A DNA stretch of 64,000 nucleotides from Takakia lepidozioides. Its lineage: Eukaryota; Plantae; Bryophyta. Positions 1 through 12,738 of this stretch are shown one piece after another. The notes under the pieces were generated by a model that worked only from the letters and a program-made list of their open reading frames with translations, was not told the origin of the DNA and searched no databases. The position numbers and the translations under genes were made by a program. Within the stretch, counting starts at the first letter, position 1. Each line of letters starts with the position of its first letter. The DNA lies in NCBI GenBank assembly GCA_030704615.1, contig CM060732.1, positions 51,522,001 through 51,586,000 on the forward strand, read 5' to 3'.

Positions 1-557
1 AAATTCGTTCATGGTTTCAAGCGGCCTGCAACCATTTGTCAACACAGAAATTCGGCATTGATGACATTTTCTATAAGGGACATGTGGCATGGAAGTACTT
101 GCACGCTGCACCAGTAATTGGTACCCCACTCACCTGGACAGACAAGGAGCTCAGTGTCTACACCAATTTTGCTGTTCAGCGGTTACACCAAGTTGTAAAA
201 TACAAACTTCCAGACATGGTAGGACAGCATTGTATGCCCCAGATGATTCCACAAAAAGTTCGAAAATTAAAACACCTGAGAGGCGATGAGGATTCTGATA
301 CAACTGTTTCTTCACCGAATTCTTTTGACATGGGAGAAGACTATGCAATTCAGATGGAAGAGAAGAAGCGAAGGGGATCTCCTATGCCGGAAAGATTACC
401 TCGATATCAGCCTCCAGAGGGCCTCACTTATCCAGGTAGTGATCAACCATCTCCGTCAACCAGAGACAGACCTCGGGCTCGTACACACAGTCCGCCACGA
501 AACTCTCAACGTCAAGAAGGTGCTCACTCACAAAGGTTTGCTAGTCGAAATCAGTAA
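1..557 (+). CDS. C-terminal end of the 3' extra ORF of Gypsy family copy A (begins before the window)
   Basis: Peptide (KFGIDDIFYKGHVAWKYLH...DEDSDTTVSS) matches the C-termini at 6412-6921, 19803-20417 and 50156-50771; followed by PPT and LTR. Confidence 0.85.
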   Translation, partial: IRSWFQAACNHLSTQKFGIDDIFYKGHVAWKYLHAAPVIGTPLTWTDKELSVYTNFAVQRLHQVVKYKLPDMVGQHCMPQMIPQKVRKLKHLRGDEDSDTTVSSPNSFDMGEDYAIQMEEKKRRGSPMPERLPRYQPPEGLTYPGSDQPSPSTRDRPRARTHSPPRNSQRQEGAHSQRFASRNQ

Positions 558-578
558 ACCGTGAGGACACGGCTTTTT

Positions 579-591
579 GAGGGGGAAGGGG
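579..591 (+). other. Polypurine tract of copy A
   Basis: GAGGGGGAAGGGG, 3 nt before the TG start of the LTR; same arrangement at 20432-20445. Confidence 0.85.
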
Positions 592-594
592 TAA

Positions 595-1566
595 TGTTAG
601 AGGACTGTCGGGGACTTAGACACTTATACGGGATCTGTAGGGTACCCTTAATTTTTGCACAGACTGAGACCAACAGGAGCCTTAGGGGTGACAGCAGCGC
701 ACTGTAGAGGGGGGTTACACAGCCCGTCACAGTCGTCACAGCCAGCCACACACGTCACACCCGTCACAGCCTCACACAGCCAACACAGCCCGTCACAGTC
801 GTCACAGCAGACACAGCCGACACAGCCGACACAGCCCGCACAGCCACACAGCCAGTCACAGCCCGACACAGCCAAACACAGTCGCACAGCCAGTCACAGC
901 CCGTCACAGTTTCACACAGCCAGTCACAGCTTGACACAGCTGTCACGATCATAGGAACGAAGAGTAGGACAGGGAACGACTGTGGGGAACAACACCTGCG
1001 AAGGGAACATGTTAGTTCACAGACGACGGTTAGTGAGGGAAACGGTTAGAACCGCGGATAGGAAGATAAAGGGAGAAACGGGGAATTGAGGAACATCATT
1101 CAGAGGAGGACTTCTTGGTGATAGAGGAGAGGGGATCGGGCAGAGATGAAGAACGGAAGTGAAGATAGAGAGATGAGAGTAGATGCTTGATATATGCAAG
1201 CTGTAATGATATTGTAGAGGAGATTAGAGACACAATGGCTTCGGCCTGATACCTGATAAATCATAATCGGATACTTTTACGATACAATCACACTGTGTAG
1301 AGAGATCTGAGTGAAGCTGTGGAATGAATGGATGAGTTGATGGAATCCAATAGATTGATAAAGCAAACTGATACTTAATTATCAATGGTAAGATAGTTAA
1401 CATGAATACCAAAAGGGAAACAAATAGGAAACACCCCATGATACACTAGCTGTAGGTCATGACTGATTGTTCTGCGCGGGCTGAGTACTTAGAGATTTCC
1501 AACTCTTCAATCTTGGAGTTTCCGCCTCGAATAGCGAAGGGATGGGTGAGTAAAAGCCGCGCGACA
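595..1566 (+). mobile_element. 3' LTR of Gypsy copy A (subfamily 1)
   Basis: Ends TGTTAGAGG...GCCGCGCGACA; co-linear with LTRs at 11775-12719, 20449-21425, 49135-50107 and 61275-62201. Confidence 0.92.
715..945 (+). repeat. Variable 9-10-bp CACAGCC(C/A)(GT/GA) tandem array inside the LTR
   Basis: Directly visible; present with different length and unit order in every LTR copy. Confidence 0.9.
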
Positions 1567-1571
1567 CTTTC

Positions 1572-2161
1572 GTCTGGTGAACTTCAACATGTTCCCTCGC
1601 AGTGTTGTTCCCCACAGTCGTTCCCTGTCCTACTCTTCGTTCCCTATGTGTGACAAGCTGTTCAAGCTGTGACTGGCTGTGTAAAACTGTGACGGTCTGT
1701 GACTGGCAAGTGCGACTGTGTTTGGCTGTGTCCGGCTGTGACTGGCTGTGTGGCTGTGCCGGCTTGTCGCTGTGTGGCTGTGTTCTGCTTGACGACTGTG
1801 ACGGGCTGTGTTGGCTGTTTGGCTGTTATGACTGTGACGGCTGTGTTGGCTGTGTCGGCTGTGCGGCTTGTGTTGGCTGTGACGACTTTGACGGGCTGTG
1901 TTGGCTGTGTCGGCTGTGACGCTGTGACGGGCTGTGTTTGCTATGTCGGCTGTGACGGGCTGTGTTGGCTGTGTCGGCTGTGACCGACTGTGACGGGCTG
2001 TGTTGGCTGTGTTGGCTGTGACGACTGTGACGGGCTGTGTAACCCCCCCTTACAGTGCGCTGCTGTCACCCCTAAGGCTCCTGTTGGTCTCAGTCTGTTG
2101 CAAAATTAAGGTACCCTACAGATCCCGTATAAGTGTCTAAGTCCCCTACAGTCCTCTAACA
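1572..2161 (-). mobile_element. Partial LTR (its 5' portion) of the same family, interrupted by copy A
   Basis: Reverse complement of the LTR start (...GTCCTCTAACA at 2161) with an expanded CTGTG array; no PPT beyond it, it abuts internal sequence of another copy. Confidence 0.85.
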
Positions 2162-2968
2162 CAAACTCACACCAAGAACAGCTTTCCAGACTTGTTTGCC
2201 ATATGTGTTATATGGTATGGAGACTGCAGTATAGCCAAGGGTGCATTGAAGCTTGAAAGAACCCAGGGCATATACGAGATATTTACAGAAGAGAGTTTTG
2301 GTTATTCCATTAAAAGAAATGAAAGACATGGGACTGAGTGATTAAGAAAGCTAGACGCCAGAGATTTCAGCAAAAAGAAAAGCTATTTTACAGCTAATTA
2401 TCCATATCTTTGGGAGAGAGGATAGACATAGGGGAATCATCTGGACCTCTCACACCATTAAGATCAGAGAGTACATCACCCATATCGGAAGAACTAGAGT
2501 TGGATGCCACTACTTCTTTTTTCTTTGCAAGAAAGATTAAGGGAATTGGTACGGAAGAAGAACAATCACGAGGTGAAAGATCTGAGGTACATCCCTCGAT
2601 AAAGATTTGACAGAAATCTTTGATAGAGTTGGCATGGAACACCAAAAGCAGAACTCCAGTTTCTGAAGCGCCGAAGTGAGAAGGAGGAGAGATGGGCAGC
2701 CAAGGAGAGTTCAGACTCTCCAACACCATTGCAGTTGAGATACATGAGTGAAGAAGAACCCCAGGGCAGAACTTGGAGGATGAAAATAGAGAGAAGAAAT
2801 TGGAATAGAAGAGTATGCAGAAGTAGACCCAACAGCTGAGGTTGAGACTATACAAACCAGGACAATCCCAACCGTTGGACCTGGATCAAGTGGAGCACTT
2901 GGATCACAGGCCAACGAGGTGTCGGCTTCCGGGGGATCAGGCGGCCTGCTGGATCTGGCTCTGGGGTG
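2162..2968 (+). pseudogene. Degraded internal fragment (end of 5' extra ORF plus gag N-terminus)
   Basis: Homologous to 13150-13975 (KLTPRTAFQ...; ERIDIGESSGPLTPLRSES) with many indels. Confidence 0.8.
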
Positions 2969-3200
2969 GGGAATTTTCCTACAGCACTTGTCCGGATTTT
3001 GTACGATCGTGGGGCTCTCGCATGAGAGGGAAGTGGGTCCCTGAAGCATCAATATTACATATACCTTGTATTATGTTCTGCGATGGTAAGAGAGACCAAT
3101 TCCATTGCACCAAGCCACACTAGGCTACGAAGAAGTCATCACCCTTCTGGCGTGGACACCTCACGTAGGGCTCCGCCAAATTCTCCTTGAACCATAGTAC

Positions 3201-5392
3201 CGCCATCTGTGGCCCTACCTTCTGCCCACTGACAGGTGCTGGCACCCTTGCTGGTGCTGGTCCTTGAGGACCTGTTGTAGTTGTGGTGGATCTTCCACAT
3301 GTGGAGGTCCCTGAGCACTCCTGCTACTGGCCCCACGATATTCACAGTATGCCCCAGCTCCAGTTGCACTACTTTCCCACACTCCCTGCCCCCCTAGAGC
3401 CAGATCTAGGCAGCCCGCCTGATCCCCCCAAGCCGACACCTTCGTTGGCCTGTGATCCAAGTGTTCCACTTGATCCAGGTCCAACGGGTTGGGATGTCCT
3501 GGTTGTAATCTCAACCTCAGCTGTTGGGTCTACTTCTTCAACTCTTCCTCTTCCAATTTCTTCTTCTCTTTTTCATCCTCCAATTCTGCCCTGGGTTTTC
3601 TTCTTACTCATGTAACTCCGCATGGTGTTGGAGAGTTTGAACTCTCCGTGGCTCTGCCACATCTCTCCTCCTTCTTCACCTTCCGTTTCCAGAAAACCTG
3701 GAGTTCTGCTTTGGTGTTCCATGCCAACTCTTATCAAAGATTTCTGTCAAATCTTTTATCCAGGGATGTACCTCAGATCTTTCACCTCGTGGTTGATCTT
3801 CTTCCTGTACCAATTCCCTTAATCTTTCTTGCAAAGAAAAAGGAGTGGCATCCAACTCTAGTTCTTCCGGTATGGGTGATGTACTCTCTGATCTTAATGG
3901 TGTGAGAGGTCCAGATGATTCCCCTATGTCTATTCCTCTCTCCCAAAGATATGGATAATTAGCTTTCAGATAGCTTTCTTTTTTTGCTGAATATCTCTGG
4001 AGTCTAGCTTCTCTTTCATCACTCATGTCCCATGTCTTTCATTTCTTTTAATGTGGCAATAACCAAAACTCTCTTCTGTAATATCTCTCGTATATGCCTG
4101 GGTTTCTTTCAAGCTTCAATGCACCCTTGGCTATACTAGAAGTCTCCGTTACCATATAACCATATGGCAAACAAGTCTGGAAAGTTGTTCTTGGTGTGAG
4201 TTTGATCCACAAAATATCCTTTGGAATCCAATTCTTTACCAATACAAGCTCTTCATGCATATGAGTATAAACATTCACCTTGCTTTCCTCCCAGCCTTCA
4301 AACTCTGCTCGCTTAATGGATAGCAATGCTATCACATAAACCAGTGTTGGTAACCAACGTGCTCTTCCTCTACAGGCCACCTGATAAATCTTTATCACCC
4401 CTTTCTCCAGACCCCACTCCGGGTCAGCATCATGCACTCTCTTAAGAATGTTTTCTTTACAACCGTCTGGCAATTCCAAGAACCTCTGAAAGAATTGTTT
4501 GGACAATCTTTCCTTCTCCGTTTTACAGGGAATTTGATTCACATCAAATTCTTTAATTCTCCAACCACCATGATCCCACCAAATGCTTGTCACATCTGGT
4601 TGTTCAAGACTTAGTTCCCCAGTATGGTCGCCAAATGTCGAGCGGCTTTTACTCACCCATCCCTTTGCTATCCGAGGTGGAAACTCCAAGATAGAAGAGT
4701 TGGATATCTCTAAGCACTCAGCCCGCTCAGTACAATCAGTCATGACCTGCAGCTAGTGAATCATGGTTGTGCTTCCCATTTGTATTCCTTCTTGCCTTCA
4801 TGTTATCAATTTACCTTACCGTGTATACTGAAGCATCAGATTGCTTCAGTATCTTCTTAGTTCCAGTTAATCATGCATTCATTTCACAGCTTCACTCATG
4901 TCTCTCTACACAGTGTGCTTGTATCGAATAAGTATCAGTTTACGATTTATCAGGTACTAGGCCAATGTCAAGGTGACTCTAATCCGCCCTACAATATCAC
5001 TATAGCTCTGCATGAAATAAGCATCTACTGTTCATCTTTTCTCCTTCTATCTGCTCTCGTTCTCCTCTCCGCCTGATCTCCTCTCCTACATGACCAAGAA
5101 GCACTCCCCCGTGAAGTGTCTCCTCCGTTGCCGCTCCCCTTATCTGCCCACAAGCTGTTCTAACCACCTAACTAATTAACCGTCATCCCTGAAGTAACAC
5201 GTTCCTTCTGCAGATGTCGTTCCCTCACAGTCGTTCCCTTCAATGATAACTGTTCCCCATGTACTGTGACACGCTGTGTCAAGCTGTGCCGAGCTGTGAC
5301 TGGCTGTGTCGGGCTGTGTCGGCGGGGAGGCTGTGACTGGCTGTTGTCGGGCTGTGTCGGGCTGTGTTGGCTGTGACGGGTTGTGGCGGCTG
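3201..5392 (-). mobile_element. Truncated Gypsy copy E (subfamily 2): partial 5' LTR 4636-5392, PBS 4616-4633, 5' ORF, gag N-terminus
   Basis: LTR end GCCGCTCGACA followed by TGGCGACCATACTGGGGA; gag start MSDEREARLQRY at 4026; LTR is cut within its repeat array by the LTR at 5393. Confidence 0.85.
4048..4743 (-). CDS. 5' extra ORF (ORF0, 231 aa, unknown function), starting inside the LTR and reading through the PBS
   Basis: Intact ORF here; frameshifted homologues at 12612-13305, 38792-39486 and 60692-61382. Confidence 0.75.
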   Translation of the reverse strand: MTDCTERAECLEISNSSILEFPPRIAKGWVSKSRSTFGDHTGELSLEQPDVTSIWWDHGGWRIKEFDVNQIPCKTEKERLSKQFFQRFLELPDGCKENILKRVHDADPEWGLEKGVIKIYQVACRGRARWLPTLVYVIALLSIKRAEFEGWEESKVNVYTHMHEELVLVKNWIPKDILWIKLTPRTTFQTCLPYGYMVTETSSIAKGALKLERNPGIYERYYRREFWLLPH

Positions 5393-6372
5393 TGTCGAGC
5401 GGCTTTTACTCACCCATCCCTTCGCTATCCGAGGTGGGAACTCCAAGATAGAAGAGTTGGAAATCTCTAAGCACTCAGCCCGCTCAGAACAATCAGTCAT
5501 GACCTACAGCTAGTGTATCATGGGGGTGTTTCCTATTTGTACTCCTTCCCGCATTCATGAGAACGAGTTACCTTACTGTCTGCAATTAAGTACCAGTTTG
5601 CTTCAGAAATCTATCAAGTTCCATCCATTCATTCCACAACTTCACTCAGGTCTCTCTACACAGTGTGAGTATGAAGTATGTATCAGATTAATATCTATCA
5701 AGTATTAGGCTGAAACCATGGTGTCTCTAATCTACTCTACATTACAATTCTACAACTTGCATTCATCAGGTAACAATAGATCGTCACTTCTCCTACTCTG
5801 TGCTCTTCATCTTTCCACTCACTGATGTGCTCTCCCCTTTATTTCCAAGCCGTGATGCCAGAAGTTGCCCCCCCAGAAGTGATCTCCAGACGTCCCCGCT
5901 CTTCGCTTTTTCTACCTACAAGCTGTTCTAACCGCTTTCCTAACTAACCGTCATCCCTGTAGTACACGTTCTTTTTTCAGATGTCGTTCCCCCACAGTCG
6001 TTCCCTGTCAATGATAACTGTCCCCCAGCTGTGCCGAGCTGTGACTGGCTGTATCAGGCTGTGGCGGGTTGTGACTGGCTGTGTCGGGCTGTGTAGGGCT
6101 GTGCGAAGCTGTGGCGGCTGTGTCGGGCTGTGATTGGCTGTGTTGGGCTGTGGTCGGCTGTGTCGGCTGTGTCGGACTGTGACGGGCTGTGTTGGCTGTG
6201 CGAAGCTGTGATGGCTGTGTCGGACTGTGATGGACTGTGTCGGGCTGTGTATCTCCCCCCCCTAAAGCCTGTTGTTGTCACCCCTAAGGCTCCTCTTGGT
6301 CTCAGTCTGTGTAAAAATTAAGGGTACCCCACAGATCCCGTAAAAGCGTCCAAGTCCCAAGCAGCCCTAACA
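5393..6372 (-). mobile_element. 3' LTR of Gypsy copy D (subfamily 2 variant); PPT at ~6376-6390
   Basis: TG...CA ends, CTGTG array, PPT complement (CCCCTCCTCCTCTC) adjacent, then the 3' ORF end. Confidence 0.88.
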
Positions 6373-6411
6373 TTTACCCCTCCTCCTCTCAAAAAGCCGT
6401 GTCCTCACGGT

Positions 6412-8770
6412 TTACTGTTTGGGATTAGCAAACTTTTGTGAGCGAGCACCCTTCTGACGGTGAGAGTCTCGTGAAGGATTGCGTATACGAGCCCGAGTCC
6501 TGTCACTGGTTGACGGAGATGACTGAGCACTACCTGGAAATGTCAGTCCCTCCTTTGGCTGATATCGAGGTAACCTCTCAGGCATAGGAGATCCCCGTCG
6601 TTTCTTCTCTGCCATCTGAATTGCATAGTCCTCTGCCATGTCAAAAGAGTCCGCTGAAGAAACAGTAGTATCAGAATCCTCGTCCCCCCTGAGGTGTTTT
6701 AACGGTCGAACTCTAACTGGAATTCTCTGGGGCATACAATGTGGTCCCACCATGTCTGGAAGTTTAAACTGCAAAACTTGCTGTAATCACTGAATGGCAA
6801 AATTGGTGAAGACCCTGAACTCCTTGTCCGTAAAGGTGAGTGGTGTGCCAATGACTTGTGAATTGTGCAAGTATTTCCATGCCTCATGTCCCTTAAAGAA
6901 AATATCGTCAGGGCCAAATTTCTATGTTGACAAATTGTTCCAGGCCGAATGAAACCATGAACGAATTTGTGAATCCTTTTGCATCATAACTTTTGCCTCA
7001 TATAGGTACATATGAGGTGGTACTGAAGGTAAGACCCAATGATCCCCACTGAAATAACTCAGAAAGCGCGATTGCATCTTCTGCTGCTCAATGTGATAAC
7101 GTGCCAGAAAACAAGCAGCATAGTATAACCCGCAGCCCATGACAATACTTGCTACCTCCTTGGTCTTGGTATAAATGAATCCATGTACAACTTGGAAGGC
7201 AATTAATTCCTTCAACATGGTACTTGCATCATGCCAGTACCTCGCAAAGTGATGATCCTCAATGGGTCGATTGTTCGGAAGAACCTTAGTCCTAGTTGCC
7301 ACTGGCAGCCAAATGCACATGATCTGGTAGTAATGTGCCAACGACTGCGGAGGACTAAATTCCTTCCAAGCCAAATCCAACACAATGGAAATTTGGTTGA
7401 AGGGCATAATCATAGCCCGACTGTACTCGCGTGAGCAGGAGTTTTAGGTGGGTTAAAAACAGCATCCCAGGCTGTGGCGGCTGTGGTGTGGCTGTAGTAA
7501 CAACAGGGTCAGCTACTGTCACAGTCACTTGTTGTGGTATTGGTAGCACTGGCTCTTGTACCACTGGCATCTCCTGCAACCCCTGCGAAGAAGACTGAAA
7601 AGCTAAAGTTCTGGCTTGTAAATAAGAAGCCATCAGCTGCTCCTCAGGTACAAAGACTCTCTTGTCAATATTTGATGTCAAGTCCTCCACCTGAGTCTGC
7701 AGGCCGTCTACATCCTCTTGTAGCTCCGCTATCCTACTATAGATATTGTCTATAGTAGTTGTGGCAATGTTCTGCACCTGCAGTCTGAGCTCATTAATCT
7801 CGCTTTGGGTGAGCTTCCGTGGTGCTTTGCCTTCCACCGGTCCGTGTGCTAACCAGACCTGCAGAAGGTGGTTATCCACCAAGTTGGTTGTGGCACCTCT
7901 GAGAGTTTGCTCCTCTCTGAGTTTGTATATATCTAACTGCTGCTGTAAAGCCTCCATGCGCTTCGAAAGAGGTTCAACCAAACTCGCATAGGCAGCAACC
8001 AGATTATTGGCTTCCTTCCAAGTCTTGTTAGCGACAGAGAGTTCATTTCTATTGGTCATGACCGTTTGTTGCAATTCCAGGATGTACCTCTCTTGGTCAG
8101 CTTCAACCTGCCTGTATTGCTTGAAAGTATTCTCATTGCGACAGATTGTATTCTTCATATCAACAATGAGTTTTGACTGCTCGACATTATCTGCCTGTGC
8201 CTTTATACATCTTTCCGCTTGGTTGTTAACTTCTTTTGTAGTTTGCTCAAGCGTAGTTGTGAGTGTAGCACATTGTATGGCCATCCTGTCATGCACTGTC
8301 TGCAACTCCGTATGTAGTGCATTTACTTCTTGCAACCTGCTTTCATGTTTCACCTGCATTTGGTATAGCTGTTGCTTATGTGCTTCGTGCAACTGGTCTT
8401 GCGCGAGGCCTACTTCAATCAAATGTTCTTTGGCCAACTGCAAAGCAGCTGTTGTATCCTCTAACTCTTGCTGTAACTTGAGAGTGACTTCCTCATCGAC
8501 CTTGTTTGCACACTCAGTGGCAAGTCGAGCCTCAAACTCCTTCCTGAGTTCCTCCCTCAAAGCTGCCAATTGGGTAGATGGAACATGGGATTTCACATAA
8601 GTGCCCAACAAATTAAGTGTCCTGCTTATGGAACTCATAAGCATGGCCTGCTGAGGGTCATCATGGTGAGTTTGCTGCTGTTCTCCCTGATCCTCAACAG
8701 TGTGATGCCTCACGAACCATTCAGGCCATTGCCCCACCAGATTTTCTTCCTGAACCACTTCATCCGTCAC
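6412..8770 (-). pseudogene. C-terminal half (coiled coil plus C-terminal domain) of the 3' extra ORF of copy D, split by the MULE
   Basis: ORFs 7355-8770, 6922-7413 and 6412-6774 match copies B and C; reading joins 30912+ as ...DTAAPVTDEVVQEE once the MULE is removed. Confidence 0.85.
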
Positions 8771-8875
8771 GAGGTTTACTATTTCATGAGCAGAAACCAT
8801 GAGCCATGAGCCATGAGCCGCATGAGCCGCATGAGCGGTGAGCCGAAGTCTAAGATACGCGGATTTCATGAGCGG
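8771..8875 (+). repeat. Left TIR plus subterminal CATGAGC repeats
   Basis: About 7 CATGAGC units; inverted counterparts at 30852-30902. Confidence 0.85.
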
Positions 8876-9620
8876 ACTCCTCCAAATTTGGAAATGCGGC
8901 AGATTAAACAAGTATTAAAATAATAGTTTTTTATTTGACCTTGCCGTTTTCGGACGTTCCAGATCATGTAATGCGGCGAAGATATGTCGTCAGTAACAAG
9001 TCCGCTCATGGTTTTTTAGATCCGCTCATGGAAATAAGTGACCGTGCAACGGGAAATCCAGTATACCACTGCAAAGGACGTCGCATACTGGCCTGTATAG
9101 AGTATTCCGCGGTTTTACATGCCTTAACATTGGAATGAAGCTGACCCTTTTGCCGCGATTGAACCAATGGAGTCTGCACCAATACAGTCTGCAGTACTTC
9201 ACAATTCTGTCTTCTTCGGGTATTCGGCGGGAAAGGTTTGCAACTGAACTGGGAAATAGGGTGCCGCATTAGGGTTCGCACGTGCGAAATTTCGGAGCGG
9301 TTTGGTGTTGGCGAAGGCCGCCTCTGGGGGTACCTACGACGATATTTGGAAATGCGGCGCCGCATTTCCTTGTCGGAGGTCGAATGAGGAAAGCAAGTTT
9401 TCGGAAGCAGAAAAACATGAACCCTCCAACATACAAAAATACATGCACGTGGAAACAAGTGAACGATATAGTAATATCTTAGTTCGAGCAAAACAGGTTA
9501 CTGGTAGGCAAGACATATGTCGGACCTTTCTGTGGCCAGAGTCTGAGGTACTGGGCAGCAGTACAGTTCTACTATCCGAAGAGGATGGGCGTACCATTGT
9601 ATGTGGACCGCAAGCCAAGC

Positions 9621-11774
9621 TCACTGGTCCCCTGGATCCATATTCAGAAGAGTGTGAACCTCCTGGGGGCTCAACCCTGGTGCATGTATGAAGTGATGAG
9701 TTGTGGAATTACAACGGAGTCTCTTTAGGTACACGTAGTACAAATGCTTGCAAGGGCAGTATGATGCCCCCTTTGTTCGCCATGATCTGGAAGTCGGTGC
9801 AATTGCAGGCGGGTAATTCTGAAATGGTGATGGTGTACACCTCATTGCGAACAGCTGAGAGCCCGCCGTGGCCATTTGATACACACGCCCGAATCCTGGT
9901 GGGGGCACTTCTGTCGAGCTGGATTGTACAGTTCATCCGAAGTGCATTCCCCATCCTTGTCTCGTTCACTTTTGAGGGAGGTCGCCGCCTCTTTGGTTTC
10001 CCCCAACGGTGTGTAGGATTCTTAGAGCTGTTGTGTCCCATTGTTCTTGCTCTCACAGGGGTCGGTGGTGGAGGCTGTGGAAGCGGAAATGGTTCTCTGG
10101 GGACGTCAGTGCGCTGCACCATCCGAAATCATGCGGCGGTAAGGGCATCGGCCTCAACCTGACTCAGATCGCAGCCTGGTTCCACCGGCCACACCGGGGG
10201 AGCCTCTGGCATTGTTTGTATGCCGTACTTGGGCTTTCCATACACGCAAGTCATAATGTCGTGCCTGCAGAACCAGAACTGAGTGGTTGTCGCCTCCGCA
10301 AACTTTGCATGGACAAATCTTCCTGTAAAAGTAGGAGCAGGGACAGCCCCATCTGGATTCCTCCTTATCATCTCTAAACAACGTTGCCGTGTATCCACAC
10401 GAATTGCGGAACACCTTCCTCGAAACGACGGCTTTGTGCGAGCAATTCTCCACTGTGAGGCAGACACAGTCGTCTCCACAATGGCTTGGCCATACTGCAT
10501 AACAGCGGGCAGAATGTGGGGCAAGGGAGCGGTGGGAATTTGTTGCACAAAATCCCCGGTTGAAGGCGACGGCGATCTGGAATTTCTTGGGCTTCCACTG
10601 CTGGAAGACACATTGTGCGGCAACATGACGGGACCTCGAGGTGCTGTCCGAATGTTCCTGTCGGATCTCCAGGAATCCTCTTCGCACCCGGGTTCCTCTT
10701 CAATCCTCCGCCTGACAAGGCGAGTCCGGACCCCCTCTAGGTGTTCACCTCTGCGGTGCAGAGGCGTCCCTTTGATCTTCTCTCGCAATGTTGTCGCCCA
10801 TTTCACTGGATTCTTGGACCTCGAAGCTGTTCGTACCAACAATTCCTCCCTGTCCGGCCCAAAGCCCATTGTTTGCCGCTCAGGAACTTGTAGTACGTGG
10901 CTTGCTGCATGATTGCTTTGTCGATGTCCTCCGTTGTGGCCGTCACTACGTCCACCAGATGTGCGGCAGAAGACGCTCGCCAGGAGGAGTGGACCGATTC
11001 TGCCATATTCGTGTTCGGCATGTCCATGTCGGAATCCAAGCACCGCTCCTAGAAGGACACAAACAATGGTGAGGGACCAATCGAAATGTCCGTAACAGAA
11101 AGACAAATGAACGAAATTGACAGCAGCCTACCTCCCGCATGTACTGTCCGAACTGTCGATACCAAAAATGCCACCACCCCAACCAGCTGTGCAATGCTCC
11201 CAGATTGGTTGTCTCCACTGCACCTGACGTGTTCCACCAAGCCTCGATGATAGCAAACTTAACCTCCGCGTCATCAAATGTGGGTGCATCCTTCCACGCC
11301 GTACAAAGGACACGGTGTTCAGCTGGAATGAGCTAGCAACAAATTTGGTAGTGTAGTGGGATAGACTCTGCATCTAATGGAATCCACAGGATCTCTCTTT
11401 CCCCTCCATTGGAACATTGGGGTCCTCACCGTACACACGCCGCACCGCTGCCCAGTTGGCCTGAGCGTTGTGCCATGAATCCCCTGAAATTGGGCTCTGG
11501 CAATCCCGCCCTTGCCATCTGCTCGTTATGCCCTCCCATAGATGCATCTCGGACTGTGTGTCCTCCCCTTTCATCTCGCAGATTGCAATCGTCATGAGCC
11601 TCTTGGAGTGATAGTCATAAACATGCGCACCCATAGTTACCCACTGATGGTTTGTAATTCGCTTGATGTGATCAAACATCACCCAAGCATTCGACAAGTT
11701 TCCAGTTGTCATGCGAGTGACCAAGTCGACTCCACTCCCAGGCCCACACGTCGACATTTTGAAAATGTAACAAC
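9621..11774 (-). pseudogene. MULE transposase, 3' part: DDE domain, Cys-rich insertion and SWIM zinc finger
   Basis: WVMFDH...NAQANW...CGFH (MULE D, CxxH), PNTNMAESVH (catalytic E), YTITISELPACNCTDF...CKHLYYV (SWIM CxC...CxH); several frameshifts. Confidence 0.85.
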
Positions 11775-12721
11775 TGTTATAGGACTGTAGGGGACTTAGA
11801 CACTTATACGGGATCTGTAGGGTACCCTTAATTTTTGCACAGACTGAGACCAACAGGAGCCTTAGGGGTGACAGCAGCGCACTGTAGAGGGGGGTTACAC
11901 AGCCAACACAGCCGTCACAGTCACAGTCACAGCCCACACAGCCAACACAGCCCGTCACAGTCGTCACAGCCCACACACACAACAGCCCACACAGCCCACA
12001 CAGCCGTCACAGTCGTCACAGCAGACACAGCCCACACAGCCAGTCACAGCCCGCACAGCCACACAGCCAGTCACAGCCCGACACAGCCAAACACAGCCAG
12101 TCACCGCTTGACAGCTGTCACGATAATAGGGAACGACTGTGGGGAACAACACCTGTGAAGGGAACATGTTAGTTCACAGACGACGGTTAGAGAGGGAAAC
12201 GGTTAGAACCGCGGATAGGAGGATAAAGGGAAGAACGGGGAATGAGAAGGGGGATCATTAGGGGGGGGACTTTGAGTGAGGCTGGAGCGGAGATCGGAGG
12301 CAAAAGATGGAGAGCACGGTGAAGGAGAAAGAGGATTAGTAGATGCTTGATATATGCAAAGCTGAATATAGAGCAGATTAGAGACATAATGGCTTCGGCC
12401 TGATACTGATAAATCATAATCTGATACTTATACGATACAATCACACTGTGTAGAGAGATCTGAGTGAAGCTGTGGATTGAATGGATGAGTGAAGGAAACC
12501 GATAGATTGATGAAGCAAACTGATACTTAATTATCAATGGTAAGGTAGCTAAGATGAATGCGGAAAAGGAAACAAATAGGAAACACCCCCATGATACACT
12601 AGCTGTAGGTCATGACTGATTGTTCTGCGCGGGCTGAGTACTTAGAGATTTCCAACTCTTCTATCTTGGAGTTTCCGCCTCGGATAGCGAAGGGATGGGT
12701 GAGTAAAAGCCGCGCGACATT

Positions 12722-12738
12722 TGGCGACCATACTGGGA
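12722..12738 (+). other. Primer-binding site, tRNA-Arg-like
   Basis: TGGCGACCATACTGGGA 2 nt after the LTR CA; resembles the complement of plant tRNA-Arg 3' ends (tRNA identity inferred). Confidence 0.7.

Noticed and set aside
648-1983. Cys-rich or Ser/Gln/His-rich ORFs (also at ~6054-6321, 11835-12167, 20543-20815, 49764-50108, 61851-62236)
   Set aside because: Translations of the CACAG tandem repeats; frame and length are not conserved among LTR copies.
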